This document shows positions 46,426 to 54,599 of a stretch of 64,000 nucleotides of DNA, piece after piece; the first letter of the stretch is position 1, and each line of letters begins with the position of its first letter. A model generated the notes under the pieces. It saw only the letters and a list, made by a program, of their open reading frames with translations. It was not told the DNA's origin and did no database searches. Origin of the DNA: a virus (lineage: Duplodnaviria; Caudoviricetes); the IMG/VR virus record IMGVR_UViG_3300044471_000009, positions 25,968 through 89,967 of that record; one strand, written 5' to 3'. The position numbers and the translations under genes were made by a program.

Positions 46426-47254
46426 TTTCGCTGTCTCCTTCTGATGGAATTATCTCTACATCGCTGTAGTCTTCGAGTGGAATCAAATCAGGGTATCTAT
46501 GATCGTTTTCGCTGCCGTGTAGCCAGTTATGCTCTGCTTCCGCAATCTTCCGTCTTCCGCGCTCGATGAAAGAAGGGAACGCCATGAACACCATGATCGT
46601 ATATGGAGCCTGATTCGATATTGCAATTATGTAATAATTTTCAACATCGAATCCACAGGCAGCGGCAGCCTGCATATACCACGCGGCCTGAATATCGTAA
46701 CCATACCTGTCCGCCGCTCGAAAGAAAGAGCCTTGGTCTTCAGCTCTCGTTGTCTTTACATCTGCGATATACCTTCCAGCAGTTGCCCTGCCGTCAAGCC
46801 GCGCTTTGCATTTCCCGAACCCGCTTCCATATTCAAGATTATGCGAATCAAAGAATAGACTCTCTTCTTTTTCGTCGCATCCAAGAATTAGCCCCCTCGC
46901 CAGTTCGTGAGACATTGCAGAGGCGGTCATGGCATCGGCTTCAGCTTTCTCTTTCGCGGTGATGTAATATTCGGAGGGATTATCTGCTTGGAATTGATTC
47001 CACCATTCGCCATTCCTGACAACCTTTACCTCTTTGCCTTTGTTGTCAATCCGTGTTTCAGGGACAACGACCAACTTGCTGTAGTCATCAGGTTCAAGCA
47101 ACGCCATGTGGCAAAAAGTTCCGCCGTTCATTGACTTGCTTGATTTCTCTTTAAGTCCAGATTGATACAGCGTCCAGTCTCTTTTTGACTTATAAAGCTG
47201 CATAATCTGCGATGATGACATTGCGTTGATGCTGTGATATTCAGCGGCTTTCAT
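46418..47254 (-). CDS. RecE/exonuclease VIII-like PD-(D/E)xK nuclease (DUF3799-like)
   Basis: EYH...AMSSS...GT..H...LEP...KCKARLD...IADVKTT...YGYDIQAAWY. Confidence 0.85.
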   Translation of the reverse strand: MKAAEYHSINAMSSSQIMQLYKSKRDWTLYQSGLKEKSSKSMNGGTFCHMALLEPDDYSKLVVVPETRIDNKGKEVKVVRNGEWWNQFQADNPSEYYITAKEKAEADAMTASAMSHELARGLILGCDEKEESLFFDSHNLEYGSGFGKCKARLDGRATAGRYIADVKTTRAEDQGSFFRAADRYGYDIQAAWYMQAAAACGFDVENYYIIAISNQAPYTIMVFMAFPSFIERGRRKIAEAEHNWLHGSENDHRYPDLIPLEDYSDVEIIPSEGDSENE

Positions 47255-47305
47255 CTGCTCTCCTTTTGCTTGTTTTGGCCCGACAACGCGCCGGGCTAAT
47301 CTTAA

Positions 47306-47593
47306 CTACGGCTTCCATTCGGTCACGGTTTTTCCGTCCTGGCTTACAATGCCAACTTCGACCATCCCGCCGCCTATTAAGGCGATTATCATCGGCTCCT
47401 TTGCTAACTTGCCATATCCAGTATCAACTCGTAGCTTCCCTCCTGCTGTCATAGCTGCCTGAATCAAAACCCTTTCGTGCACAGTCCGCCCTATACCTGT
47501 TTTAGCGTCAAGCCAAGAGTCAAGCCTTGCAAGGTAGAATCGCAGTATCCTGATGAATCTATTCATTGCTTTCCTCTCCACCCGCATCCACAC
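47306..47593 (-). CDS. Hypothetical protein
   Basis: 95 aa. Confidence 0.45.
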   Translation of the reverse strand: MWMRVERKAMNRFIRILRFYLARLDSWLDAKTGIGRTVHERVLIQAAMTAGGKLRVDTGYGKLAKEPMIIALIGGGMVEVGIVSQDGKTVTEWKP

Positions 47594-48234
47594 CTCTCAA
47601 TCGGCAAATAAACGCCGTCCACCTGATCGCTCCCGCTCGCATCTCCGCAAGCCGGGCAAGTCCTTGCTGCTGCCCATTGCTCATCAGCCAACACCTGCGC
47701 CGCATCAGCCAGCTCCTGCACGGTCAGCCGCCTGTAGTCGCCGCCCCACCGGCAGCCGGGCGTTTCGCACCGCTGAAACTCAAGCTGGCCGAGCCGGTTA
47801 GCCGAGTGAACGCCGTAATATCGGGCATTCATGCAGCCGCAGCCGCAGGGCTCGCCTGCGTCCCATTTGTCAGCCGGATAGATGCTGCCGCATCTGCTGC
47901 ACACCATGCGCGTCTCGCGGTGCAGCGTGTGCTTGCCGCAGTCAGGGCAGGTCACTGCCTCAACGTTTTGCGCAATCCACTGCGTCAGGCAGGACAGACC
48001 GCGGCCTTTGATGATCTGCTTGGCCAGTTCGGCGGCGGTGTGGATGTGCGGGCGGTGGGACGGGAAGCCGTTAGTGTGGAGCCAGTTTTGCAGCTCCTCT
48101 GCGCTCATACAGGAGTCCTGATCCGCGCTACTTTGTGGGCAAAACTTGCAATCCCCTTGATCGCAATGTCCATATTCAGTGAGGCAGCCCAGCACGTCAT
48201 ACGCCTTTCCCGCCTGCTCTTGCAACTTGCTCAT
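47563..48234 (-). CDS. Multi-Zn-ribbon protein
   Basis: Numerous CxxC motifs. Confidence 0.55.
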   Translation of the reverse strand: MSKLQEQAGKAYDVLGCLTEYGHCDQGDCKFCPQSSADQDSCMSAEELQNWLHTNGFPSHRPHIHTAAELAKQIIKGRGLSCLTQWIAQNVEAVTCPDCGKHTLHRETRMVCSRCGSIYPADKWDAGEPCGCGCMNARYYGVHSANRLGQLEFQRCETPGCRWGGDYRRLTVQELADAAQVLADEQWAAARTCPACGDASGSDQVDGVYLPIERCGCGWRGKQ

Positions 48235-48514
48235 CTCTCCACCTCCTTGTGGTCTCGGTTATTTTGTCTTCTGCGGCCTGTGAAATCACTCGCATCCGCT
48301 CTTCAATCTGCCGGATTGCCTCTCGCATTCCGGCAGACTCTTTGCGATGGTCAAATTCCCTGTCGGGCATCTTGACTCCTGATGCGTTCGCGGGCCAGTC
48401 TTAGCGCGGCATCGTCAGCGGCCTGCTGTTTCTCCTGCTTCTTGGCTTCACGCTGGGCGGCCAGTTGGGCTACAGCATCTTGCAGCCAGCTTGGCTTCTG
48501 TCTTTCGTGTTCAA

Positions 48515-48823
48515 TCATTTCGGCTCCTCCTGCGGTCCTTGCTTGATCTTCAGCGTTTTTCCGCCAGTTCCGGCCTTTCCGCCAACCTGCTCAAGTCCCA
48601 TGCTGTCCAGCAAATCCCATACAAGCTGATTGCTGCGCTCCCCCTGAAAGCATTGAGGTGCGAGTTCCGGCAGCTTGGCGTAAGCTGGATTCAGAAACTT
48701 CCCTTTGCCGGTTCGCAGCTTCACCGCCCCGTCGTTTTCGATAGCCGCTCCCCTCAGGAGCCACGCCATCGCAATTATCTGGCAATGCCGGGCTTCTGGC
48801 TTTGCGTGTGGTATTATTTTCAT
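48515..48823 (-). CDS. Hypothetical protein
   Basis: 102 aa. Confidence 0.5.
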   Translation of the reverse strand: MKIIPHAKPEARHCQIIAMAWLLRGAAIENDGAVKLRTGKGKFLNPAYAKLPELAPQCFQGERSNQLVWDLLDSMGLEQVGGKAGTGGKTLKIKQGPQEEPK

Positions 48824-48850
48824 CTATGCCTTTTGGTTTTGGTTTTAATC

Positions 48851-49036
48851 TTAATAGATAGCATTCCAGATACCTTTTGCTACACCTGAAGCTGTTATCG
48901 AAACTATCGCACCGATCATCATCTTGTAAGGAACGGCAATATCTTTCAATGGCCCTTCCATGCAGGCCCAACACGCAACGACCCATGATGGATAAAAAAT
49001 TACAAGCAAAAGCAATGCGTACAGGATAGACTTCAT
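48851..49036 (-). CDS. Small membrane protein
   Basis: 61 aa, two hydrophobic segments, preceded by the hairpin-leader repeat. Confidence 0.6.
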   Translation of the reverse strand: MKSILYALLLLVIFYPSWVVACWACMEGPLKDIAVPYKMMIGAIVSITASGVAKGIWNAIY

Positions 49037-49043
49037 TTATTTT

Positions 49044-49082
49044 CTCCATTCAGGTTTTCCCGGCCCGATGCAGGCTGGGAGT
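49044..49082 (-). repeat. Hairpin + CTGAATGGAG leader, copy 1
   Basis: TCCCAGCC-TGCATC-GGGCCGGGAAAACCTGAATGGAG. Confidence 0.7.
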
Positions 49083-49093
49083 TTATCGGCGAT

Positions 49094-49894
49094 TTAGTCT
49101 TGACCGGTCAGCAGCTTGATGGCGTATTTTGCTCGCTCTATCAGCTCGATAACTGGATATTCTTCTTCCGTTTCAGCAGCGATAATGTCCACCAGTGCGC
49201 CGTGAGCTGCTTTGATTTTTCGGTCAACGCTTGCTGTTTCCTTACGCAGCTGGTTGACCTCACTCCTTGCCTGATCTTTCGCGGAATCCACATTGTAAGC
49301 CAGTTTTGACAGCAGCGACATGACAACAGGGCTTTCGTGCAGATTTAGGGCCGTAAACTCTTCGTTTACCATTTCCTGCCTTGCTCTGGATGTTGGCTTT
49401 TTTGTCAGCGCATCCAGAGCGTCTGCGAATCCTTGTCCAGCTTTTCCGTGCAGCCGAAGCACTTCGGCCTTAATCTCGTCGGCGATGGTCTTGTCGCCGG
49501 TACGCTCTTTATTTTTTTCCATTTTTGTCTCCTCTTTGCTAATAAAAACATCACCGTCAATAACGGTAACAGATTCACTGCCTTGCATCCTGATTTCGTT
49601 GACCGTTACCGAGCCGGTGCCGGAGCAGCTATTACCCTTGCCTTGGATTTGCTGAGAAACAACAGTTCTGCTCTTGCCGTCTTCAGAGTACGTCACCACC
49701 ACGTTTTCGTTGCTTTTTATTGCTGGGCTTTGATCGCCAGCTGTGCTGATACAGACCTTGTCTCCGCCCACATTGTCGCCTCCGCCTGACATTACTTGCT
49801 GCACTATGGTGTTGACCTGACTGGCTATGGCGTTTTTTCCGTGCGCAACGCTCATGTCTTTGCTTCCTGTGAAGTAGTTGATAAGGGTTTTCAT
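49094..49894 (-). CDS. Hypothetical protein, first gene under sigma-54 module B
   Basis: 266 aa, AGGAG RBS; Gly/Ser/Val-rich N-half and coiled C-half. Confidence 0.65.
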   Translation of the reverse strand: MKTLINYFTGSKDMSVAHGKNAIASQVNTIVQQVMSGGGDNVGGDKVCISTAGDQSPAIKSNENVVVTYSEDGKSRTVVSQQIQGKGNSCSGTGSVTVNEIRMQGSESVTVIDGDVFISKEETKMEKNKERTGDKTIADEIKAEVLRLHGKAGQGFADALDALTKKPTSRARQEMVNEEFTALNLHESPVVMSLLSKLAYNVDSAKDQARSEVNQLRKETASVDRKIKAAHGALVDIIAAETEEEYPVIELIERAKYAIKLLTGQD

Positions 49895-50058
49895 GATTCG
49901 TTCTCCTGTTGGTTTCTATCTACGGCCCGCTTGCCGCTCTTCATCGTGAGTACATCTTACCACGTTCAAGCGGTCTATGCAAGACCAAAATCGGGGGTGA
50001 TAGACCGTTTTGTGTTTTTTTTTATTTTCACCGCATTCACTCTTGCTGCTTTTGCACA

Positions 50059-50190
50059 TGCAAAACGTATGCCAGATTCAGTATAATAAAATATTAAGCA
50101 AATTAAGTAACTTGTAAAAATCAAGGTTTCGGATTAGTGCAGTTTTTTATACAAAGTTCAAATTTTTGATTCAAGATTTTGTAATTGAGA
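50059..50190 (-). promoter_or_regulatory. Sigma-54 module B
   Basis: TGGCAT-ACGTT-TTGCA at 50074-50059; enhancer ...TTTGAACTTTGTAT at about 50190-50148. Confidence 0.8.
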
Positions 50191-50396
50191 AGGAATTGGG
50201 GGTCGGATGAGTTTTTTTTGACTATGCGAAATGAAACCTTGGGAAAATAACCGATATGGTGTAAAATGCGAAAAACGGCCCCTGGAAGGGCTTCGGCTGT
50301 GCAGAATCAGACCGCCGTATTGGAATTTGACAGGAATGGTGCAGTGTTACGATGTAGGTGATGACGTGTAGAGATAGCTGTAGGTGTGTTTTCAAA

Positions 50397-50427
50397 GCAG
50401 GCCGGTTGACTCCGGCCTGCTTTTTTT
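50397..50427 (+). terminator. Intrinsic terminator
   Basis: GCAGGCCGG-TTGACT-CCGGCCTGC then T7. Confidence 0.75.
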
Positions 50428-50644
50428 GTTTGCGGCAAGCTGGTTAGCTGCCCGGCAGTTCGCACTGTATATATAGCGTTGTCGAAAATGCACAGAAACG
50501 GGCTGAATTTCAACGATAGCTCGCCGGGGTGATAGGTTATAGGCGTTCATGTGCCGGAAGGGGCTTGCTGGGCAATTTGCGGCGTTTCGACGGAACAGGC
50601 AATCCTGCCTGTTTAAACTGTTCCCTGAAACTTTTTTTTGCTTA

Positions 50645-50689
50645 ACCTTAATTTTTTTTCTTTACACAGACAAAAAATTAAGGTATAGT
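50645..50689 (+). promoter_or_regulatory. Sigma-70 promoter with operator-like inverted repeat, copy 1
   Basis: TTTACA-17-TATAGT inside ACCTTAATTTTTT-N14-AAAAAATTAAGGT. Confidence 0.8.
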
Positions 50690-50734
50690 TATTTTATCAG
50701 CAGCACAGACCACTAAAAAAAACCGGGGAACACC

Positions 50735-51445
50735 ATGAACGCAACAATCCACAGAGCAAACGAGATCAGAAAAGAAGCAGCGGTAAAGTTCGGCGGAAAG
50801 CCCGGTGATTACAGTTTAAAAATCGCCTGCGAAATGGCGAAAAACGGAGAAAAAATCATGAACAGCAAGACGATCAATGCAAGGAGTGAGAGGGGCCAGG
50901 ATTTTGAATTTGAGATCGCCGACGGAAAGATTGTGGCGGCAACAGTGATCAGCCTGACAAGAGGGCCGCTGCTGATAGATAGCCCCTGTCTTTCAGGGTC
51001 AATGTTGGACGGCAAGGTCGCGGGAGAAGATGGCAGGAGCATCAGGATATGTGTTGGATTCCGCGCCGCTACGGTGAAAGAGATACGGGCAGCCATCGAG
51101 CATAGCCAGCCCGCAGAACCGGAAGTCACCGAAACAATACCGGGGTTGACAGCCTTGCGCAAAGCCAGAGACAAACGCGGCTACGAGCACGAGATGCTGA
51201 TGCGGGCAATTGACAGCGGAAGCAGCAGATGCCCAAAACAGACTGTCACCGACGCGCAGGTTGAGGCTCTGGAGGCTCAGTACCCGGCAGCCGTAGCGTA
51301 TCTCCGGGCCGAGAGTTACGAGCAAGCGTCGAACCTGAACAAGTATTCCGCCGGACGCAAGGCCAAGGAGCTGTTACTCTCCAGCGGCAGCGTGGAGCGG
51401 GCTAATGAGATAATGGACAACTGGCTGCCAGCGTATTGCGATTGA
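50735..51445 (+). CDS. Early hypothetical protein
   Basis: 236 aa; RANEIRKEAAVKFGGK N-terminal module. Confidence 0.7.
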   Translation: MNATIHRANEIRKEAAVKFGGKPGDYSLKIACEMAKNGEKIMNSKTINARSERGQDFEFEIADGKIVAATVISLTRGPLLIDSPCLSGSMLDGKVAGEDGRSIRICVGFRAATVKEIRAAIEHSQPAEPEVTETIPGLTALRKARDKRGYEHEMLMRAIDSGSSRCPKQTVTDAQVEALEAQYPAAVAYLRAESYEQASNLNKYSAGRKAKELLLSSGSVERANEIMDNWLPAYCD

Positions 51446-51457
51446 TTTACAGATAAC

Positions 51458-51502
51458 TTCCCCAGCCCAATTGCGGGCCGGGGGAATATAAACTGAATGG
51501 AG
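51458..51502 (+). repeat. Hairpin + AACTGAATGGAG leader, copy 2
   Basis: TTCCCCAGCCC-AATTGC-GGGCCGGGGGAATATAAACTGAATGGAGG. Confidence 0.7.
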
Positions 51503-51787
51503 GGCATAATGGATGTAAATATCTACCCGGAACTGGAAGCAACCCCCCTTATCGTACGGTCACCATACGGGACAGTAAAGCTTAAGTACACCCCAAAGCA
51601 TGAGAATTTCTGGGGAATGATAGTAAAAGGCGCATGGGTTGCAATCATGATTGACGGAGAATACAAAGGCAAGTCAGAAAGTCATCATCACCACGGATGG
51701 TGCGTCAGTCACCTGCTCTCCGCGTGTGCATCAATGTCTGCGGTCAAGCTGGTGCAGGACGCGCTGGCAGCAAGAGGGCTTGCATAA
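51497..51787 (+). CDS. Hypothetical protein
   Basis: 96 aa; the start may be 51509. Confidence 0.6.
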   Translation: MEGIMDVNIYPELEATPLIVRSPYGTVKLKYTPKHENFWGMIVKGAWVAIMIDGEYKGKSESHHHHGWCVSHLLSACASMSAVKLVQDALAARGLA

Positions 51788-51800
51788 CAATTGACTTAAC

Positions 51801-51824
51801 GCCACCCAAGCGCGCTTGGGTGGC
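51801..51824. repeat. Perfect 24-bp palindrome
   Basis: GCCACCCAAGCG-CGCTTGGGTGGC. Confidence 0.9.
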
Positions 51825-51834
51825 AAGGGTAGCC

Positions 51835-52233
51835 ATGAAGGCGACGATAGGGTTGGAATTATTCGGCGACAATGTTAGGAAGATGTATTCTTTCTACAGC
51901 AACATGCTGGATGAGGTTGCTTTTGGCCTTGGCAGACACATAACGGCAGGTTGTTTCAGTAATTCTTCATGGGTTGCTGAGATAACAGGGTTTAGTGACA
52001 AGTACAAGTATGAGAGGGCATTTCTTTCATACAAAAAGGATTACAGCATGGCAAACTCGAAAGGAAGCAGGGGTGTTTACGTGTGGTATATCCTTGAGTC
52101 TGGAAAGTATTACGATATAAAAAGTCAATACAGTCACAGGAGCCACAACAGGTATTTCGCAAAAGTGTCGAGTTGTGGCGATATAGTAAAGGTAGAAGAA
52201 GAGGAGGTTGTGTCATGGCTAAGAAGCCGATAG
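51835..52233 (+). CDS. Conserved protein upstream of the IbrA-like gene
   Basis: SWVAEITG...KY...R.FL...DYS.ANSKGSRGV..WY.L..G..Y pattern. Confidence 0.65.
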   Translation: MKATIGLELFGDNVRKMYSFYSNMLDEVAFGLGRHITAGCFSNSSWVAEITGFSDKYKYERAFLSYKKDYSMANSKGSRGVYVWYILESGKYYDIKSQYSHRSHNRYFAKVSSCGDIVKVEEEEVVSWLRSR

Positions 52234-53414
52234 GGATAAATGTTCTTGAGGCTGCCAAGAGAAGAATTTCACTGGTTTTCGATGATTTTCCACGCATCTA
52301 TATCAGCTTCAGCGGAGGGAAAGATAGTGCAGTTATGATGCACTTAGTGATGGATGAGGCGATTAGGAGAAAGCGAAGAGTCGGTGTTCTGTTTATCGAT
52401 CTTGAGGCACAGTATAAATTTACAATTGATCATGTCAGATCAATGTATAATCTGTACGCAGAGCACATTGAACCATACTGGATTGCTCTTCCAATCCATC
52501 TTAGAAATGCTGTGAGTCAATATGAGCCGCAGTGGGTATGCTGGGAGGCAGACCGCAAGGCTGATTGGGTTCGCCAGCCTGAATCCGTAAGCATTACAGA
52601 CGAAACTAAATTCCCATTTTTCAGACATGCCATGGAATTTGAAGAGTTTGTTCCAGAGTTTGGCAAATGGTTTGCTGGCGACAAACTCTGCGCCTGCTTT
52701 GTCGGGATAAGATCAGATGAAAGCCTTAATCGATACCGAACCATTGCCAGCAGAAAGAAAAGCACATTCGAGAATCGACAATGGATGACATGGTGCGGGG
52801 GCTGCCTTTACAATGTCTACCCGATCTATGATTGGCGCACGGAAGATATATGGACATATTTCGGCAAAACAGGAAAGCCGTACAACCGGCTCTACGACCG
52901 TATGCACCAGGCAGGGCTGACTATCCATCAGGCAAGGATATGCCAGCCATACGGTGACGATCAGCGCAAGGGACTTTGGCTGTTTCACATTATCGAGCCG
53001 GAGACTTGGGGGAAAATAGTTGCTCGCGTGAATGGTGCTAACCAAGGAGCGTTGTATTGCAACACATCAGGCAATGTGCTTGGGTATAGAGGAATTACTA
53101 AGCCAGAGGGATTGACATGGAGAGAATTTGCCAACCGGCTATTGTCTTCCATGCCTGAACGTGCCGCCGACCAATATCGCAATAAAATTGCAGTGTTCCT
53201 TAAATGGTACACCGTAAGAGGCTATCCTGACGGCATACCTGATGAGGGGCCGATGACTGACAAGGGGATACCGAGCTGGACTCGAATTTGCAAGGCTCTG
53301 TTGCGTAATGACTATTGGTGCAAGGGGTTGTCATTCTCCCAAAACAAAACAACGGCGTTTGATAAATATCAAAAAATAATGAAGAAAAGGAGGCAGGAAT
53401 GGGGCTTGATCTGA
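52215..53414 (+). CDS. ibrA: IbrA/YbdN-like PAPS-reductase-fold protein (DUF3440)
   Basis: PP-loop ISFSGGKDS, FIDLEAQY, GIRSDESLNR, YPIYDW, RICQPYGDDQRKGL; start after GAGGAGG. Confidence 0.88.
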   Translation: MAKKPIGINVLEAAKRRISLVFDDFPRIYISFSGGKDSAVMMHLVMDEAIRRKRRVGVLFIDLEAQYKFTIDHVRSMYNLYAEHIEPYWIALPIHLRNAVSQYEPQWVCWEADRKADWVRQPESVSITDETKFPFFRHAMEFEEFVPEFGKWFAGDKLCACFVGIRSDESLNRYRTIASRKKSTFENRQWMTWCGGCLYNVYPIYDWRTEDIWTYFGKTGKPYNRLYDRMHQAGLTIHQARICQPYGDDQRKGLWLFHIIEPETWGKIVARVNGANQGALYCNTSGNVLGYRGITKPEGLTWREFANRLLSSMPERAADQYRNKIAVFLKWYTVRGYPDGIPDEGPMTDKGIPSWTRICKALLRNDYWCKGLSFSQNKTTAFDKYQKIMKKRRQEWGLI

Positions 53415-54055
53415 TCATTAAAGGACTTGTCGATGATATCGACCGTAAGTTCTCCGAGCTGGCAGCTCTCGATGACGAAGCGCGAATCGAAGTCATAAAC
53501 GAGATTCGCAAGAGGTTGCGAGAGTATTCGCCGATGAAAAGGGAGCCGGTTGACTGCGTGCTGTGGGTAAAGGGAGAAGATTTACATGCCAATGATTACA
53601 ACCCAAACAGCGTAGCTCCGCCTGAAATGCGGCTGCTTCAACTGTCGATCATGTCTGACGGATATACGCAACCTATCGTTGCGTGGCCAGACGGAAATGA
53701 CTCGTTCGAGGTTGTCGATGGTTTTCACCGAAACAGGGTGGGCAAGGAAGTAGGGGCTGTAAAAAAGCGCACAATGGGTCGCCTGCCAATTGCAGTTATC
53801 AATACTGAGCGTACTGGCAAGGAAGACCGCATCGCAGCCACGATCAGGCACAATCGAGCACGCGGAAAACATCAAGTCGATGCAATGGCAGAAATAGTTG
53901 TCGATTTAAGCCGCCGCAATTGGAGCGATGAAAAAATCGCTCAGGAGTTAGGCATGGAGCCAGACGAAGTGCTTAGACTTAAACAGATAACCGGATTAGC
54001 CGAGCTTTTTGCCGATAGAGAATTCTCTGAAGCGTGGGAAGTATCCAATGACTGA
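53399..54055 (+). CDS. ibrB: IbrB/YbdM-like ParB-N domain protein
   Basis: ANDYNPNSVAPPEMRLL..SI..DGYTQPIV...VVDGFHR...TIRHNRARGKH. Confidence 0.9.
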   Translation: MGLDLIIKGLVDDIDRKFSELAALDDEARIEVINEIRKRLREYSPMKREPVDCVLWVKGEDLHANDYNPNSVAPPEMRLLQLSIMSDGYTQPIVAWPDGNDSFEVVDGFHRNRVGKEVGAVKKRTMGRLPIAVINTERTGKEDRIAATIRHNRARGKHQVDAMAEIVVDLSRRNWSDEKIAQELGMEPDEVLRLKQITGLAELFADREFSEAWEVSND

Positions 54056-54066
54056 CTCTTTATGTC

Positions 54067-54112
54067 TTTCCCGGCCCGTTATTGGGCCGGGAAATCTTAA
54101 CTGAATGGAGAG
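54067..54112 (+). repeat. Hairpin + AACTGAATGGAG leader, copy 3
   Basis: TTTCCCGGCCC-GTTATT-GGGCCGGGAAA-TCTTAACTGAATGGAGAGG. Confidence 0.75.
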
Positions 54113-54115
54113 GCA

Positions 54116-54406
54116 ATGCCAAAACAACCAAAAACCCCGGAAGCTCGTGCCGCCCTTGCAACGAGCATTGTCTACGAAATGCTCGCCAAGGCACTTGACA
54201 GCCCGGACAAGACCTACGGCATACGATACCCGGACGGCGGGTTCAGGTCTATCTATACCCGCCTCGTTGCCTTGACCGGCGAGCGCGGCAAGTGGGATGC
54301 GCTCGAAAGCGTTGGCCTGATGCTTATCGAAGAAAACGGCAAGCCGCAGGCGGTTAAGGTGGTGACGGAGATGAAGAAAGAGCCTATGCGGTGGAATCCT
54401 ATATAG
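54116..54406 (+). CDS. Hypothetical protein
   Basis: 96 aa. Confidence 0.6.
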   Translation: MPKQPKTPEARAALATSIVYEMLAKALDSPDKTYGIRYPDGGFRSIYTRLVALTGERGKWDALESVGLMLIEENGKPQAVKVVTEMKKEPMRWNPI

Positions 54407-54495
54407 CAGATGCGCCGCATGTTCAACTGCCCAGTCTGTTTACAATTGCGGGCTGGGCAGCTCTATAGATTTGCGTTTCAATCTTATTTTTTTTT

Positions 54496-54544
54496 CTATA
54501 CCTTAACTTTTTCTCTTGCACCTGACAAAAATTTAAGGTATAGT
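54496..54544 (+). promoter_or_regulatory. Sigma-70 promoter with operator-like inverted repeat, copy 2
   Basis: TTGCAC-17-TATAGT inside CTATACCTTAA...TTAAGGTATAG. Confidence 0.8.
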
Positions 54545-54599
54545 CTCTGTATAAGATTTGAGCGGCAATCAAGCCGAAATAAAAACACCGGAGAGCAAA

